Source: Nitrospirota bacterium
Lineage (GTDB): Bacteria; Nitrospirota; Nitrospiria; Nitrospirales; Nitrospiraceae
Reading direction: 5' to 3'
Assembly: GCA_963703955.1 (NCBI GenBank)
Contig: CAVPGK010000017.1
Span: 128,001 to 192,000 of the forward strand
DNA length: 64,000 nt
The notes below the pieces were generated by a model. That model was given only the letters and a program-made list of their open reading frames with translations, did not search any database and was not told the origin of the DNA. Positions 51,892-61,847 of this stretch are shown here, piece by piece. The stretch's first letter is position 1. Each line of letters starts with the position of its first letter. The translations under genes and the position numbers were made by a program.

Positions 51892-52896
51892 TCAGAGAGA
51901 GCCTTCACCTTTCAAGTATTTCCGGAATCGGTCCATAAGGTCGGCACCCAGGGTGCCGCCTTCCGGTTTCTTGGTTCCGGGATCGTTGAAGTGTTGCTTG
52001 ATCTCTTCCAAGCGCTTTTCCGCCTGTTCGTTGCCCTGGAGTCGCTTGGTTTTCTGAAGCGCCGTATCGAAGGCGTCAAAGGTGAGCTGGTCATAGCCGA
52101 ATGAGCGGATCCGTTTGACGGCTTTCATCATGGCTTGATTTCGGAACAGCGTCAGGTGTTCCGAGTCGATTTCCTTCAACCCCATCTTTCTCGCACGACG
52201 CTCAGCAGCCTTCCGAATGCCGCTTCGGACAAAATCCGGAGATGTCTGAAGACGTTTCCAGGCTTGGTCCGACCACAGGACGGAACCTTGCGGTGTGTCC
52301 CAAAGCTGCGCCAGAGCCGCTTCATCGATGCGAGTGAGGCCTTGCTCACGAGCCAGGTCCTCAGTATCCCTTCGAAGCATGTCGGTGACGAATTCGAGAG
52401 CGATCGGCGGGGTGTTCCTGATCTTTTCCTTGAGGCGCCCCAGTGCGCCTTTACTCCATTCCATCGACGAGCACGCCTGCTCCTGAATGTCGCCAAGCGC
52501 CTCCACTTTTTCGAACAGCTCCACGTTGACCTCGAGGTGACCCCGCTCCAGGGCGTGCTCTTCGGTAATCTGCCGGATCATGTGCCGCATAAACTCCGGA
52601 ACGGTCTCCAGTCGGGCCTGCGCAGCTGCGGTCCAGGGGACCTTCCCTTTTTCGAGTTGGTCGGCGGCGGTGGCCATTCCGGCCTCACCTCCCATTCGAC
52701 CCATCATTTGGCTCTTGAATTGATCTAGCACCTCGGCGGTTATTTCAGAGTAGCCTAGTTCGCGCGCTTTTTTTTCAGCAAGTCGTCTGACCATACCGCG
52801 AAGAAAGGCAGGGGCACGTTCCATGCGCGCCAGCGCTCCTTCGGTCCAACGAACTTCGGGTTCGGCGGCGTGTTCCTTTGAATCAAAAAGTTTCAT
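51892..52896 (-). CDS. Protein with four PCP_red-like (BchB/ChlB C-terminal) repeats
   Basis: Four W(T/S)xxAxxRL/M..P.F.R...R..E..A...G...I repeats. Confidence 0.8.
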   Translation of the reverse strand: MKLFDSKEHAAEPEVRWTEGALARMERAPAFLRGMVRRLAEKKARELGYSEITAEVLDQFKSQMMGRMGGEAGMATAADQLEKGKVPWTAAAQARLETVPEFMRHMIRQITEEHALERGHLEVNVELFEKVEALGDIQEQACSSMEWSKGALGRLKEKIRNTPPIALEFVTDMLRRDTEDLAREQGLTRIDEAALAQLWDTPQGSVLWSDQAWKRLQTSPDFVRSGIRKAAERRARKMGLKEIDSEHLTLFRNQAMMKAVKRIRSFGYDQLTFDAFDTALQKTKRLQGNEQAEKRLEEIKQHFNDPGTKKPEGGTLGADLMDRFRKYLKGEGSL

Positions 52897-52916
52897 GATC
52901 GACTTTCAGGCGATGG

Positions 52917-53195
52917 CTATTTGTTTAGGAGTGCCTTAAGTTCCTTGCCCGCCTTAAAAAACGGCACTTTCTTGGCAGGTACATTGACTGTCGACCCGGT
53001 CTTGGGGTTGCGTCCTTCTTTCATTCGCCGCGATCGTAATCGGAAGCTCCCGAATCCACGAATTTCGGTCTTATCACCCTTCTGAAGCGAATCCCGAATG
53101 CTGTTGAAAATTGTGTTGACCACGATCTCGATTTGCCGCTTCGTGAGATGTGTGACCTGTTCCGAAACTCGTTCAATGATCTGTGCTTTCGTCAT
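52917..53195 (-). CDS. ihfB: Integration host factor beta / HU-family protein
   Basis: MTKAQII, EIRGFGSF, GRNPKTG, VPFFKAGKEL; lies downstream of rpsA-sppA. Confidence 0.88.
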   Translation of the reverse strand: MTKAQIIERVSEQVTHLTKRQIEIVVNTIFNSIRDSLQKGDKTEIRGFGSFRLRSRRMKEGRNPKTGSTVNVPAKKVPFFKAGKELKALLNK

Positions 53196-53257
53196 GTCGA
53201 TCCTCCTTGCCGATAGCTGTCACAACCGACTCGCGTGCGGCTCGCGGGAGACGGCGA

Positions 53258-54157
53258 TCAGAACGCCATAAGATAATTCAGGGTGACGCCCGTTTCGAAA
53301 CGAATTCTGGGGAGCGCGCCGAGCCGACTTTCGATTAGGTCTCTGATGGAAAACCGCTTTCTGGGCTCGACGACCTTCGGTTCTCCTTCCAGCCCCGTCA
53401 AGTCGGCTGCCAGCTTGATCGCATCGTTCAGGTTACCCAACTCATCCACCAGCTTTGCGTCCTTCGCCTGCCGGCCGGTGAAAATACGTCCATCGGCAAG
53501 CTCTTGCACCTCGGTCAGGCTCAGCGAGCGACCTTCCGCAACGGCCTCAATGAATTGCTTGTGCACGTCGTCCATGACGGACTGCAGTATCCGCCGATCC
53601 CCGGGATTCATAGTCCGAAACGGAGAGCCGATATCCTTGTGCTGCCCGCTCTTGACTACCACGTTCTGCACGCCGATCTTTTTGAGAAGGCCTTCCACGT
53701 TCGCCAGCTCCATGATCACGCCGATGCTGCCGGTGAGCGTGCCGGGGTTGGCAATGATGCGGTCCGTCGCGACGGCGATGTAATACCCCCCGGACGCGGC
53801 CACGGTCCCCATGGAGGCTATGACCGTTTTGTTGTTCGTGTTGCGAACCCGCAAGACGGCATCGTGAATCTCCTGGGATGGCACGACGCCGCCGCCGGGG
53901 CTGTCGATGCGCAGCACAATGGCTTTGACCAGAGGATGGTCCCCATACTTTTTGAGGTCGCTGACCGTCTGTTGTGCGTCCAGAATGACGCCTTCCACGC
54001 GAACGAGCGCGATCCGTTCCTCGCCGGACAGGTCCAGTTCAGGTAGAAGCAGGTTGATCAGCACAAGCAACCCGACCCCGACGAGCAGCGTCCAAAAAAT
54101 GAGCCGTCCTGTACGTCGCCGAGGAGGAGGACCGGAAGTGATCTCGTCGTGCGCCAT
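53258..54157 (-). CDS. sppA: Signal peptide peptidase SppA (short form)
   Basis: RIDSPGG, AASGGYY, TGSIGV, ADGRIFTGRQA. Confidence 0.93.
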   Translation of the reverse strand: MAHDEITSGPPPRRRTGRLIFWTLLVGVGLLVLINLLLPELDLSGEERIALVRVEGVILDAQQTVSDLKKYGDHPLVKAIVLRIDSPGGGVVPSQEIHDAVLRVRNTNNKTVIASMGTVAASGGYYIAVATDRIIANPGTLTGSIGVIMELANVEGLLKKIGVQNVVVKSGQHKDIGSPFRTMNPGDRRILQSVMDDVHKQFIEAVAEGRSLSLTEVQELADGRIFTGRQAKDAKLVDELGNLNDAIKLAADLTGLEGEPKVVEPRKRFSIRDLIESRLGALPRIRFETGVTLNYLMAF

Positions 54158-54159
54158 GG

Positions 54160-55875
54160 CTATTCGTCTGACTCTGCATCCGCCCGCTTCTTGGTCGTTT
54201 TGGCCGCGCGTCCCAGGCTCTGATCGACGGCGCCCTGAGCCGCGTGGTATTCCTCCACTTGCTTTCGTTCGGAGTCCATCCGATGCTCGCGAAGGCTGAG
54301 CGCGATCTTTCGCTCCTCGCGGTCCGCTTTGATGATTTTTGCCGTGATGTCATCCTGAGGCTTGAACTTCTCTTCGAGCCTCGTGGGCGGCTCGAGTCCC
54401 GTTTCGCTGATGTGAATGAGCCCTTCCACGCCACCATCCAGCTCGACGAACACGCCAAAATCCGTAATCTTCGTGACCTTTCCGGTCGTACTGGCGCCGA
54501 CTTTATATCGTTGGGGGATCTCCTCGTCCCAGGGGTCGCGAGTCAATTGCTTGTAGCCGAGGGAAAGCCGTTCTTTGTCCCTGTCAATTTTGAGGACGAC
54601 AGCCTCCACCTTCTGTCCCTTCTTGAAGACCTCAGAGGGATGCTTAATGTGTTTGGTCCAGGATATATCAGAGATGTGGATGAGCCCGTCGATGCCCTCG
54701 TCCAGGCCGATGAAGGCGCCGAAGTCGGTCAGACTCTTAACTTTGCCCTCGATACGGGTACCCATGGGATACTTGGTTTCGACCATGTCCCACGGGTTTG
54801 GGGCGGTCTGTTTCATCCCCAAGGAAATCTTACGGCTGCCGGAGTCCACATTGAGTACCGCGGCCTCGACCTGATCACCCACCGAGACCAGCCGAGACGG
54901 ATGCCGTACTTCGTGCGTCCATGACATCTCGGAGACGTGCACGAGACCTTCGACACCTGGCTCCAACTCGACAAAGGCGCCGTAGTCGGTCAGACTGACG
55001 ACTTTTCCATTGACGCGGGTCCCGACCTGATATTTGCTGGCCACGTTGCTCCAGGGATCAGCGCTCTTCTGCTTCAGGCCGAGCGAGATGCGTCCGGTGT
55101 CCCTATCATACTTGAGCACCATGACTTCGATCTTATCGCCGACCACGAACAGCTCAGAAGGATGGCCGACGCGCCCCCAGGACATGTCGGTGATGTGCAA
55201 CAGACCGTCGATGCCGCCGAGGTCGATGAAGGCGCCGTACTCGGTAATATTCTTGACAGTGCCCTGGATCAGTTGCCCTTCCTTCAGGGTCGACAATGTG
55301 GTCTGCCGCTTCCGATCACGGGTCTCCTCGAGCAAGACACGTCGAGACACTACGACGTTTCCCCGGCGGTGATTAATCTTGATGATTTTCAACGGAAAGG
55401 TTTTTCCGACCAGCGAGTCGAGATCGCGGACAGGATGCAAATCGATCTGCGAACCGGGCAGGAAAGCCTTAACGCCGATGTCCACCATCATGCCGCCCTT
55501 GATGCGAGAGAGTATCCGCCCATCGACGATTCTTTCCTCTTTGTACGCTTTTTCCAAGTCTTCCCAAACTTTCATCTTGTCCGCTTTTTCCTTGGACAGG
55601 ACGAGGTTGCCCTCCGCATCTTCACGGTCTTCGATATAAACTTGGAGTCGGTCACCGACCTTGATCGCCTGGAGTTCCTCGCTCGAAAACTGGTCCCCCG
55701 GTATGATGCCTTCCGATTTATAGCCGATGTCCACGATCACTTTGTCTTTACCGGTCGCGACCACGTGCCCTTCGATGATCGTGCCTTCCTCGAAGTTGCG
55801 GAAGGTCTCCTCATATAGGGCGGCCAGCGCAACGCGGTCCATCTGTTCCTCAGTCTGCTTCGGCGCCATGTTCAT
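54160..55875 (-). CDS. rpsA: 30S ribosomal protein S1
   Basis: Six S1 repeats (DIGYKSEG, AFLPGSQID, GLLHITDMSW, GLVHVSEMSW...). Confidence 0.97.
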   Translation of the reverse strand: MNMAPKQTEEQMDRVALAALYEETFRNFEEGTIIEGHVVATGKDKVIVDIGYKSEGIIPGDQFSSEELQAIKVGDRLQVYIEDREDAEGNLVLSKEKADKMKVWEDLEKAYKEERIVDGRILSRIKGGMMVDIGVKAFLPGSQIDLHPVRDLDSLVGKTFPLKIIKINHRRGNVVVSRRVLLEETRDRKRQTTLSTLKEGQLIQGTVKNITEYGAFIDLGGIDGLLHITDMSWGRVGHPSELFVVGDKIEVMVLKYDRDTGRISLGLKQKSADPWSNVASKYQVGTRVNGKVVSLTDYGAFVELEPGVEGLVHVSEMSWTHEVRHPSRLVSVGDQVEAAVLNVDSGSRKISLGMKQTAPNPWDMVETKYPMGTRIEGKVKSLTDFGAFIGLDEGIDGLIHISDISWTKHIKHPSEVFKKGQKVEAVVLKIDRDKERLSLGYKQLTRDPWDEEIPQRYKVGASTTGKVTKITDFGVFVELDGGVEGLIHISETGLEPPTRLEEKFKPQDDITAKIIKADREERKIALSLREHRMDSERKQVEEYHAAQGAVDQSLGRAAKTTKKRADAESDE

Positions 55876-55972
55876 GCCTACGTGTCCAATCCTCCGACGA
55901 CGGTCGGGTGCTGATGGTGAAATGAAGCCGAGCCATTTTCAGCGCTAAATAGCTCGGCTGCCTGACGGTGGC

Positions 55973-56608
55973 TCAATGCGCCGGCGGAGCCACCCGCCCC
56001 GCCTCGGCGACATGCGCCATCACTGTCCGGCTCACGTGTCGATAAAACTCCTTCTTTCCTGCATAGCGTTGTGCGTCAGACGAGAAGTCAATGGGCTTTC
56101 CATAGGTGATTTGCACGGGATGAAATCGCAGCCGGAAAGTCCCCATCGGCAATGCTTCGTAGGTTCCGTCAATGTATGCTGGCACCACGGGGCAGCCGGT
56201 TGCCGCCACGATCGTCCCAATGCCGGGTTTCCCTGGCCGCAATCTTCCGTCCCGTGTTCGAGTGCCCTCTGGATAGATCACCACGATCTTGCCGCTCTTG
56301 ATCAGTTCAATCGCTCTTCCAAACCCCGTCCGGTCCAGTCGATCATGCCGGATCGGAATCCAGCCGAGCCATTGAAGCGTCCAATTCAACCCCGGGATCG
56401 GAAACAGATCCTCGCGGCCGAGAAATGCGACCCGACGCGGAATCCCGCATCCCAGCAAGGGAATGTCCAAGAAGCTGGCGTGATTCGCGGCTACTAGCGC
56501 TCCTCCCTGTTTCGGGATGTTCTCACGTCCGATCGCGCGGTAACGAAAGAACAGGCGCCCCAGCACATTGAACAGCAGCCAGAGAAACCAATAGATCAGC
56601 CCATTCAC
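55973..56608 (-). CDS. plsC: 1-acyl-sn-glycerol-3-phosphate acyltransferase
   Basis: NHASFLD, YPEGTRT, PVVP. Confidence 0.9.
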   Translation of the reverse strand: MNGLIYWFLWLLFNVLGRLFFRYRAIGRENIPKQGGALVAANHASFLDIPLLGCGIPRRVAFLGREDLFPIPGLNWTLQWLGWIPIRHDRLDRTGFGRAIELIKSGKIVVIYPEGTRTRDGRLRPGKPGIGTIVAATGCPVVPAYIDGTYEALPMGTFRLRFHPVQITYGKPIDFSSDAQRYAGKKEFYRHVSRTVMAHVAEAGRVAPPAH

Positions 56609-57264
56609 AATTTCGACGCAATAATGGCCAGCATCTGGTCAACAACTTGGCCCACCTCCAGGGCGGACGTATCGATGAAATGGGCATCCGTCGCCCGGGT
56701 CAGCGGAGCCAGTTCGCGAGAGCGATCCCGTGTATCGCGCAGGTGGACCTCTTGTCGGGTCTTATCCAAGGCAACCGCGTGGCCCGCTGTCGTAAGCTCG
56801 ACATGGCGACGTTTCGCACGAACGTCAGCATCGGCATCCAAAAAAAACTTGATGTCCGCAGCGGGAAACACACGAGTACCGATGTCCCTGCCTTCAACCA
56901 CGACGTCTCCGTCCGATCCCATCTCCTGTTGGATTGGAAGGAGCCAGTGTCGTACGGCCGGGATGGCTGAGACAATGGATGCCATCCCACTGATCTCCGC
57001 CGTGCGAATCTCATGCGTAACATCCTGTTCATCTATATAGACACGGGGTGATGCAGGATCCTTATGCATTGTGATGTGCGTGTTTAGCAGCAATTGTGCG
57101 ACAGCAGTATGATCTGATGGCATGACGCCAAACCTTCTTACCTTCCATGTCACAGCGCGGTACAGGGCTCCAGTGTCCAGATAGCGATAGCCCAGACGCG
57201 ATGCGACGAGCTTGGCTGCCGTACTTTTTCCGACACCGGCCGGTCCATCAATGGCAATAATCAG
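56605..57264 (-). CDS. cmk: Cytidylate kinase, apparently with a non-canonical (CTG or ATT) start
   Basis: In-frame upstream of the track ORF: (L)IIAIDGPAGVGKST...YLDTGALYRAV; then VEGRDIGT and RDTRDRSR. Confidence 0.92.
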   Translation of the reverse strand: MIIAIDGPAGVGKSTAAKLVASRLGYRYLDTGALYRAVTWKVRRFGVMPSDHTAVAQLLLNTHITMHKDPASPRVYIDEQDVTHEIRTAEISGMASIVSAIPAVRHWLLPIQQEMGSDGDVVVEGRDIGTRVFPAADIKFFLDADADVRAKRRHVELTTAGHAVALDKTRQEVHLRDTRDRSRELAPLTRATDAHFIDTSALEVGQVVDQMLAIIASKL

Positions 57265-57295
57265 GAGGCTCCTCGAGTGCTTGGGTCCGCTGCTT

Positions 57296-57323
57296 ATTAT
57301 AAACTTCGACCAGAATCTGTCAA
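57296..57323 (-). promoter_or_regulatory. Consensus sigma-70 promoter inside the 3' end of aroA, driving cmk-plsC-rpsA
   Basis: Minus strand TTGACA-16 nt-TATAAT. Confidence 0.75.
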
Positions 57324-58616
57324 TAATTCCAATCGTTTCGAGTCGAAATCCGGAAACGATGTGTCAATACATGCCGTATTGTCGATCCGTGTTGGCGAGT
57401 CGGCAACCAGGCCAGCGATCGCCACAGACATGGCGACGCGATGGTCGCCATGACTGGCGCACGAAGCGCCGTGAAGCGGTCGGCCGCATGATCCCTGGAT
57501 CACCAGCCCATCCGGCGTTTCGCGAATCGCCACGCCTATCTTTCCCAACTCTGAGGCCATGGTCGCGATCCGATCGCTCTCTTTGATCCGTAACTCTGCT
57601 GCGCCAGTGACAACGGTTTCGCCCTCCGCGACCGCGGCCGCCACGCAGAGGATCGGAAGTTCGTCGATCGTTTGGGGAATCCGGTCTGCTCCGATCCGGA
57701 CCCCGCGCAAGGCATGAGAGTGAACCCGAAGATCCGCCACGGGTTCTCCGGCTTGTTCGCGTTGGTTCAGCAACTGGATGCTGGCCCCCATCTCGGACAG
57801 GATGTGCAGCACGCCGTCCCGGGTGGGATTGATGCCGACGTTTGTAATCGTCACGTCGGATCCATCCAGAATCGATGCGCCCACGACAAAAAATGCCGCG
57901 GCCGAGAGGTCCCCGGGCACCACCAGGTCTGTCACTCCGGACCAGCTCACGGCCGGGCGTCCCTGAAGTGTCACGGTCTGGCCGACGTGCTCAACAGGAA
58001 TGCCGAAATAACGAAACATACGCTCCGTGTGATCTCGTGAACGTCTTGGCTCGGTGATGCAGGTGATACCGTCGGCATACAATCCTGCCAGAAGCAGCGA
58101 GGACTTGACCTGCGCGCTGGCAACGGGGGAAGCGAAATCGATTCCCCGCAGGCGGGCGCCCGTAATTGCCAGCGGCGCCAGTTCTCCGCCTTTTCGGCCT
58201 GTGATCATGCCTCCCATCGCGCGCAGGGGCTTGACCACGCGTCCCATGGGGCGCCGGCGAACGGAGTCATCCCCGGTGAGGATCGTGAAGAAATCCTGGC
58301 CGGCTAAGAGACCGGTGAGGAGTCGGATCCCGGTTCCGGAGTTTCCGCAATCGATCGGTCTCTCAGGTTCTGTCAGCCCCCAGAGGCCTTTGCCGATCAC
58401 ACGCAATTCGGTTGGACGTTCATCGATCGTCACGCCCATCTCGCGAAAAGCCTGTACCGTATGGAGGCAATCTTCGCCGCGACAATGCCCGGTGATGGTT
58501 GTCTCACCATCGGCAAGCGCGCTCAGCATGACAGCGCGATGCGTGATGGATTTGTCCCCGGGGACGGAGATCGTTCCCTTGAGGGGGCCGCCGGGTATGA
58601 TCGTCAACGACGCCAT
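57297..58616 (-). CDS. aroA: EPSP synthase
   Basis: PGDKSITHRA, GNSGT, SAQVKS, RDHTERM, KESDRI, DHRVAM. Confidence 0.97.
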   Translation of the reverse strand: MASLTIIPGGPLKGTISVPGDKSITHRAVMLSALADGETTITGHCRGEDCLHTVQAFREMGVTIDERPTELRVIGKGLWGLTEPERPIDCGNSGTGIRLLTGLLAGQDFFTILTGDDSVRRRPMGRVVKPLRAMGGMITGRKGGELAPLAITGARLRGIDFASPVASAQVKSSLLLAGLYADGITCITEPRRSRDHTERMFRYFGIPVEHVGQTVTLQGRPAVSWSGVTDLVVPGDLSAAAFFVVGASILDGSDVTITNVGINPTRDGVLHILSEMGASIQLLNQREQAGEPVADLRVHSHALRGVRIGADRIPQTIDELPILCVAAAVAEGETVVTGAAELRIKESDRIATMASELGKIGVAIRETPDGLVIQGSCGRPLHGASCASHGDHRVAMSVAIAGLVADSPTRIDNTACIDTSFPDFDSKRLELLTDSGRSL

Positions 58617-58619
58617 CGA

Positions 58620-59498
58620 TTATTTCGTGCTGAGTTGCTCTCTGGCCTGTTTCGCTCGCTCGAGGGTCTTTTCAATTCCGGGGCCATCTCCGTCGGCGAT
58701 GAGCCGTTTTAGGTCTCGGAGCCGAGTTTCGTAGTCATCGATCATGGCCACCAGGTTCTCTTTGTTCCACAAGAAAATGTCCCGCCACATTTCAGGGGAA
58801 CTCGCCGCGATGCGCGTCGTGTCCCGCAGACCGCCGCCGGCGTAGGACAAGAGATCCAGTTCGGGAACGCTCCGTTCCCGAATATCGATCAGAGCGTTGA
58901 CGAGGGAAAATGCCGCCACGTGGGGCAGATGGCTCACGGCCCCCAGCACCCGGTCGTGGAGGAACGGGTCCATCTCGTACACCACGGACCCGGCCTCCTC
59001 CCACAAGTCTCGGACCGTCTGAAGCGCCCGCTTATCCGTTCGTCCGGTCGGAGTGACGATGCAACGTGCTCCTCGAAAGAGGTCAACTGAGCCGGCGGCG
59101 ACGCCCGTCTTCTCCCGTCCGGCAATAGGGTGCGCGCCGACAAAGCGAACCCGATCAGGCAGGATTCGTTCCGCCTGCTCGACAAGCGGTCCCTTGACGC
59201 TCCCCACATCACTGACGATCGCTCCGCTTTGCACCGACGAGCCCCATTCTTTCAAGTGCCGTTCATAGGTATCGACCGGCGTGGCAAGGATAATCAGATC
59301 GGCCTGGCGCACGGCGTCACTGGGATCCGCGACGTATCGATCGATGGCGCCCAGCTCCACCGCCGTCTTCAAATTTTCCATCCGGCGGCCCACCCCCACC
59401 ACTGACGCGGCGAGTCCCTTTCGCTTGAGCACCATGCCGAGCGAGCCGCCGATGAGCCCGACTCCGATAATGACGACGTGTTGAAAATGGACAGCCAT
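58620..59498 (-). CDS. tyrA: Prephenate/arogenate dehydrogenase
   Basis: GVGLIGGS, DVGSVK, HPIAG, SHLPH, RDTTRIAASSPEMW. Confidence 0.93.
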   Translation of the reverse strand: MAVHFQHVVIIGVGLIGGSLGMVLKRKGLAASVVGVGRRMENLKTAVELGAIDRYVADPSDAVRQADLIILATPVDTYERHLKEWGSSVQSGAIVSDVGSVKGPLVEQAERILPDRVRFVGAHPIAGREKTGVAAGSVDLFRGARCIVTPTGRTDKRALQTVRDLWEEAGSVVYEMDPFLHDRVLGAVSHLPHVAAFSLVNALIDIRERSVPELDLLSYAGGGLRDTTRIAASSPEMWRDIFLWNKENLVAMIDDYETRLRDLKRLIADGDGPGIEKTLERAKQAREQLSTK

Positions 59499-59622
59499 GT
59501 CTCAAGTAGGCCAAGCCCGAGGACTGAATGCTGAGCCCACACCAGCCTCAAAAAGCGAGTTGAGGTCTTATACGAGCGTCTCCTCGTGTGAGGCGCTGGT
59601 TACTTGCGTGGACCAGTCCTTA

Positions 59623-60636
59623 CTAAATCTCCCGGCCGACCGCCTCCGCGATCTTCTTCAATTCGTGCATCAGTTCCTTGAACTTGGTCGGCTTGATGGA
59701 TTCCTCACCGTCACACAGGGCGCATTCCGGATTGGAATGGACCTCGATGAGGAGACCGTCCGCACCGGCCGCGATCGCCGCCTTGGACATCGGCGCCACC
59801 AGGTTCCACTTGCCGGTCGCGTGACTGGGGTCCACGATCACCGGAAGGTGAGATAACTCCTTCAAAGAAGGGATGGCCGCCAAGTCCAACGTATTTCGGT
59901 ATTGGGTTTCAAAAGTTCTGATGCCACGCTCGCACAACATCACATTGCGGTTTCCCCGAGACATGATGTATTCGGCGGACAAGAGAAACTCTTTGATCGT
60001 GGCGGAAAGCCCACGCTTCAGCAACACTGGCTTGTCGTAGGCGCCCACTTCTTTGAGCAGCTCGAAGTTTTGCATATTGCGCGCACCGATCTGAATGATG
60101 TCGGCCTTTTGCAAGAATAGCTCGATATCCCGGGTGTCGAGGATTTCGCTGACCACCGGAAGTCCGGTTTGCTTCTTGGCTTCCAAGAGATAATCCAGTC
60201 CCTCCCGCCCGACACCTTGGAACGAATAGGGAGACGTGCGGGGTTTGTAGGCGCCTCCGCGCAAGACACTTCCACCACCTGCTTTCACCTCGTGCGCGAT
60301 GCCGACCGTCAATTCCAGCTTTTCGACGGCGCACGGTCCAGCCATAATGACGAGCTTCTTGCCGCCCACCTTGACGCCATCGATTTCGATGACCGTGTTT
60401 TCTTTCTTGAATTCTCGGCTGACGAGCTTCCACGGCGCCAGAATCGGGGTGACGCTCTCGACGCCGGGGAATGCCGTCAGGGGTTGGTTTTGAAGAATGC
60501 GATCATCGCCGATGACACCGATGATCGTGCGTTCCTCGCCCTTGGAGATGTGAGATCTCAATCCCAACTCGCGAAGTCGTTCCAACAAGTGATCGATTTC
60601 TCGTTCAGTGGCCTCGGGCTTTAAGACGATAATCAT
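59623..60636 (-). CDS. aroF: DAHP synthase (type I-beta with N-terminal regulatory domain)
   Basis: AGPCAVE, RGGAYKPRTSPYSFQG, IGARNMQN, DPSHATG. Confidence 0.94.
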   Translation of the reverse strand: MIIVLKPEATEREIDHLLERLRELGLRSHISKGEERTIIGVIGDDRILQNQPLTAFPGVESVTPILAPWKLVSREFKKENTVIEIDGVKVGGKKLVIMAGPCAVEKLELTVGIAHEVKAGGGSVLRGGAYKPRTSPYSFQGVGREGLDYLLEAKKQTGLPVVSEILDTRDIELFLQKADIIQIGARNMQNFELLKEVGAYDKPVLLKRGLSATIKEFLLSAEYIMSRGNRNVMLCERGIRTFETQYRNTLDLAAIPSLKELSHLPVIVDPSHATGKWNLVAPMSKAAIAAGADGLLIEVHSNPECALCDGEESIKPTKFKELMHELKKIAEAVGREI

Positions 60637-60705
60637 GATGTCTCTTGCTCCTTACTCTGTGTTTCACGCACCCGGCCTGGGCTATCCGGAGCAGGGTCTG
60701 CGTCG

Positions 60706-60743
60706 TGCATCCGCCCCGCGCACGTCAAGACGCGCTTCTTCCC
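60706..60743. repeat. Solo copy of the C-rich unit overlapping the hisC stop codon
   Basis: CATCCGCCCCGCGCACGTCAAGACGCGCTTCTTCCC matches the 38942-39180 units. Confidence 0.6.
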
Positions 60744-61843
60744 TGGGGTTGCGCCTTCTTCCCAAATGAAGAAAGGACCTGCTTGAGGGCATGAAGAAAG
60801 CGCCGGTTCTCCTCCGGTAGGCCGATGGTGACCCGTATCATGCGATCCTGGATGTGGCGGACAATGATGCCATGACGAAGCAAGGCCTGGAACACGTCTT
60901 GCCCATCCCGTCCGACATCGAAATAGAGAAAATTGGTTTCGCTCGGCAGCGGCCGCAACCCCAATGTGAGAAGCCCGGCTCGTACCACGGCCATCTCCGC
61001 CTCATTCAGGGATCGGCTCCGCGCCACGTGCTCCTCATCGTCCAGCGCGGCCAACGCGGCCTGCTGCGCCAGGCTGTTGGCGTTGAACGGCGGGCGAACG
61101 CGATTGAGATATCCGGCGATCTCGGGGGTGGTCAGCCCGTAGCCGATGCGCAACCCGGCGAGCCCGTAAATCTTCGAGAAGGTGCGCAGCACGATGGCGT
61201 GTCGGTCTTGCTTGACGAAGGCGAGCGCATCGGGAAATTCACGATCCCGGACATACTCGTAATAAGCTTCATCAAACACGACAATGACGTCATCGGGGAC
61301 ATGCGTCATCATCTCATTCACTTCAATCGCGTTGACCATGGTCCCCGTGGGGTTGTTGGGGTTACACACAAAGAGCAGTCTGGTCTTCGGGGTGACGGCG
61401 GCGGCCATGGTCGACAGGTCGTGGCGCCAGTCCTTCAAAGGAATGATGACCGGCACGCCGTGGGCCGCGGTCACCTCCATTCTGTAAATCGCAAATGTGT
61501 GGTCGGCCATCACGGCCTCGTCCCCGGGTGACAAGAAGGCCCTCGCCAGCATGCCGAGAATTTCGTCGGAGCCGTTGCCGAGGATCACGTGATCCGGCGT
61601 CACCTTCCAGCGTTCGGCCAAAGCCGCCCGCAAACGCTGCGCCCCGCCGTCCGGATAACGATTGAGACTCGTGGCGGCCTGGGCCAACACCGCGACGGCC
61701 TTCGGCGAGGGGCCGATCGGATTTTCATTGGACGCGAGTTTCACGGCTCGCGAGATGCCGAGTTCCCGTTCCAGATCGTCAATCGGTTTGCCCGGCACGT
61801 AGGGCACCAGGGATTCAATATTCTTGTGAACCTTCAGCGGCAT
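60725..61843 (-). CDS. hisC: Histidinol-phosphate / aromatic aminotransferase
   Basis: KLASNENP, GNGSDE, NPNNPTG, DEAY, RTFSKIYGLAGLRIG. Confidence 0.93.
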   Translation of the reverse strand: MPLKVHKNIESLVPYVPGKPIDDLERELGISRAVKLASNENPIGPSPKAVAVLAQAATSLNRYPDGGAQRLRAALAERWKVTPDHVILGNGSDEILGMLARAFLSPGDEAVMADHTFAIYRMEVTAAHGVPVIIPLKDWRHDLSTMAAAVTPKTRLLFVCNPNNPTGTMVNAIEVNEMMTHVPDDVIVVFDEAYYEYVRDREFPDALAFVKQDRHAIVLRTFSKIYGLAGLRIGYGLTTPEIAGYLNRVRPPFNANSLAQQAALAALDDEEHVARSRSLNEAEMAVVRAGLLTLGLRPLPSETNFLYFDVGRDGQDVFQALLRHGIIVRHIQDRMIRVTIGLPEENRRFLHALKQVLSSFGKKAQPQGRSAS

Positions 61844-61847
61844 TGGA

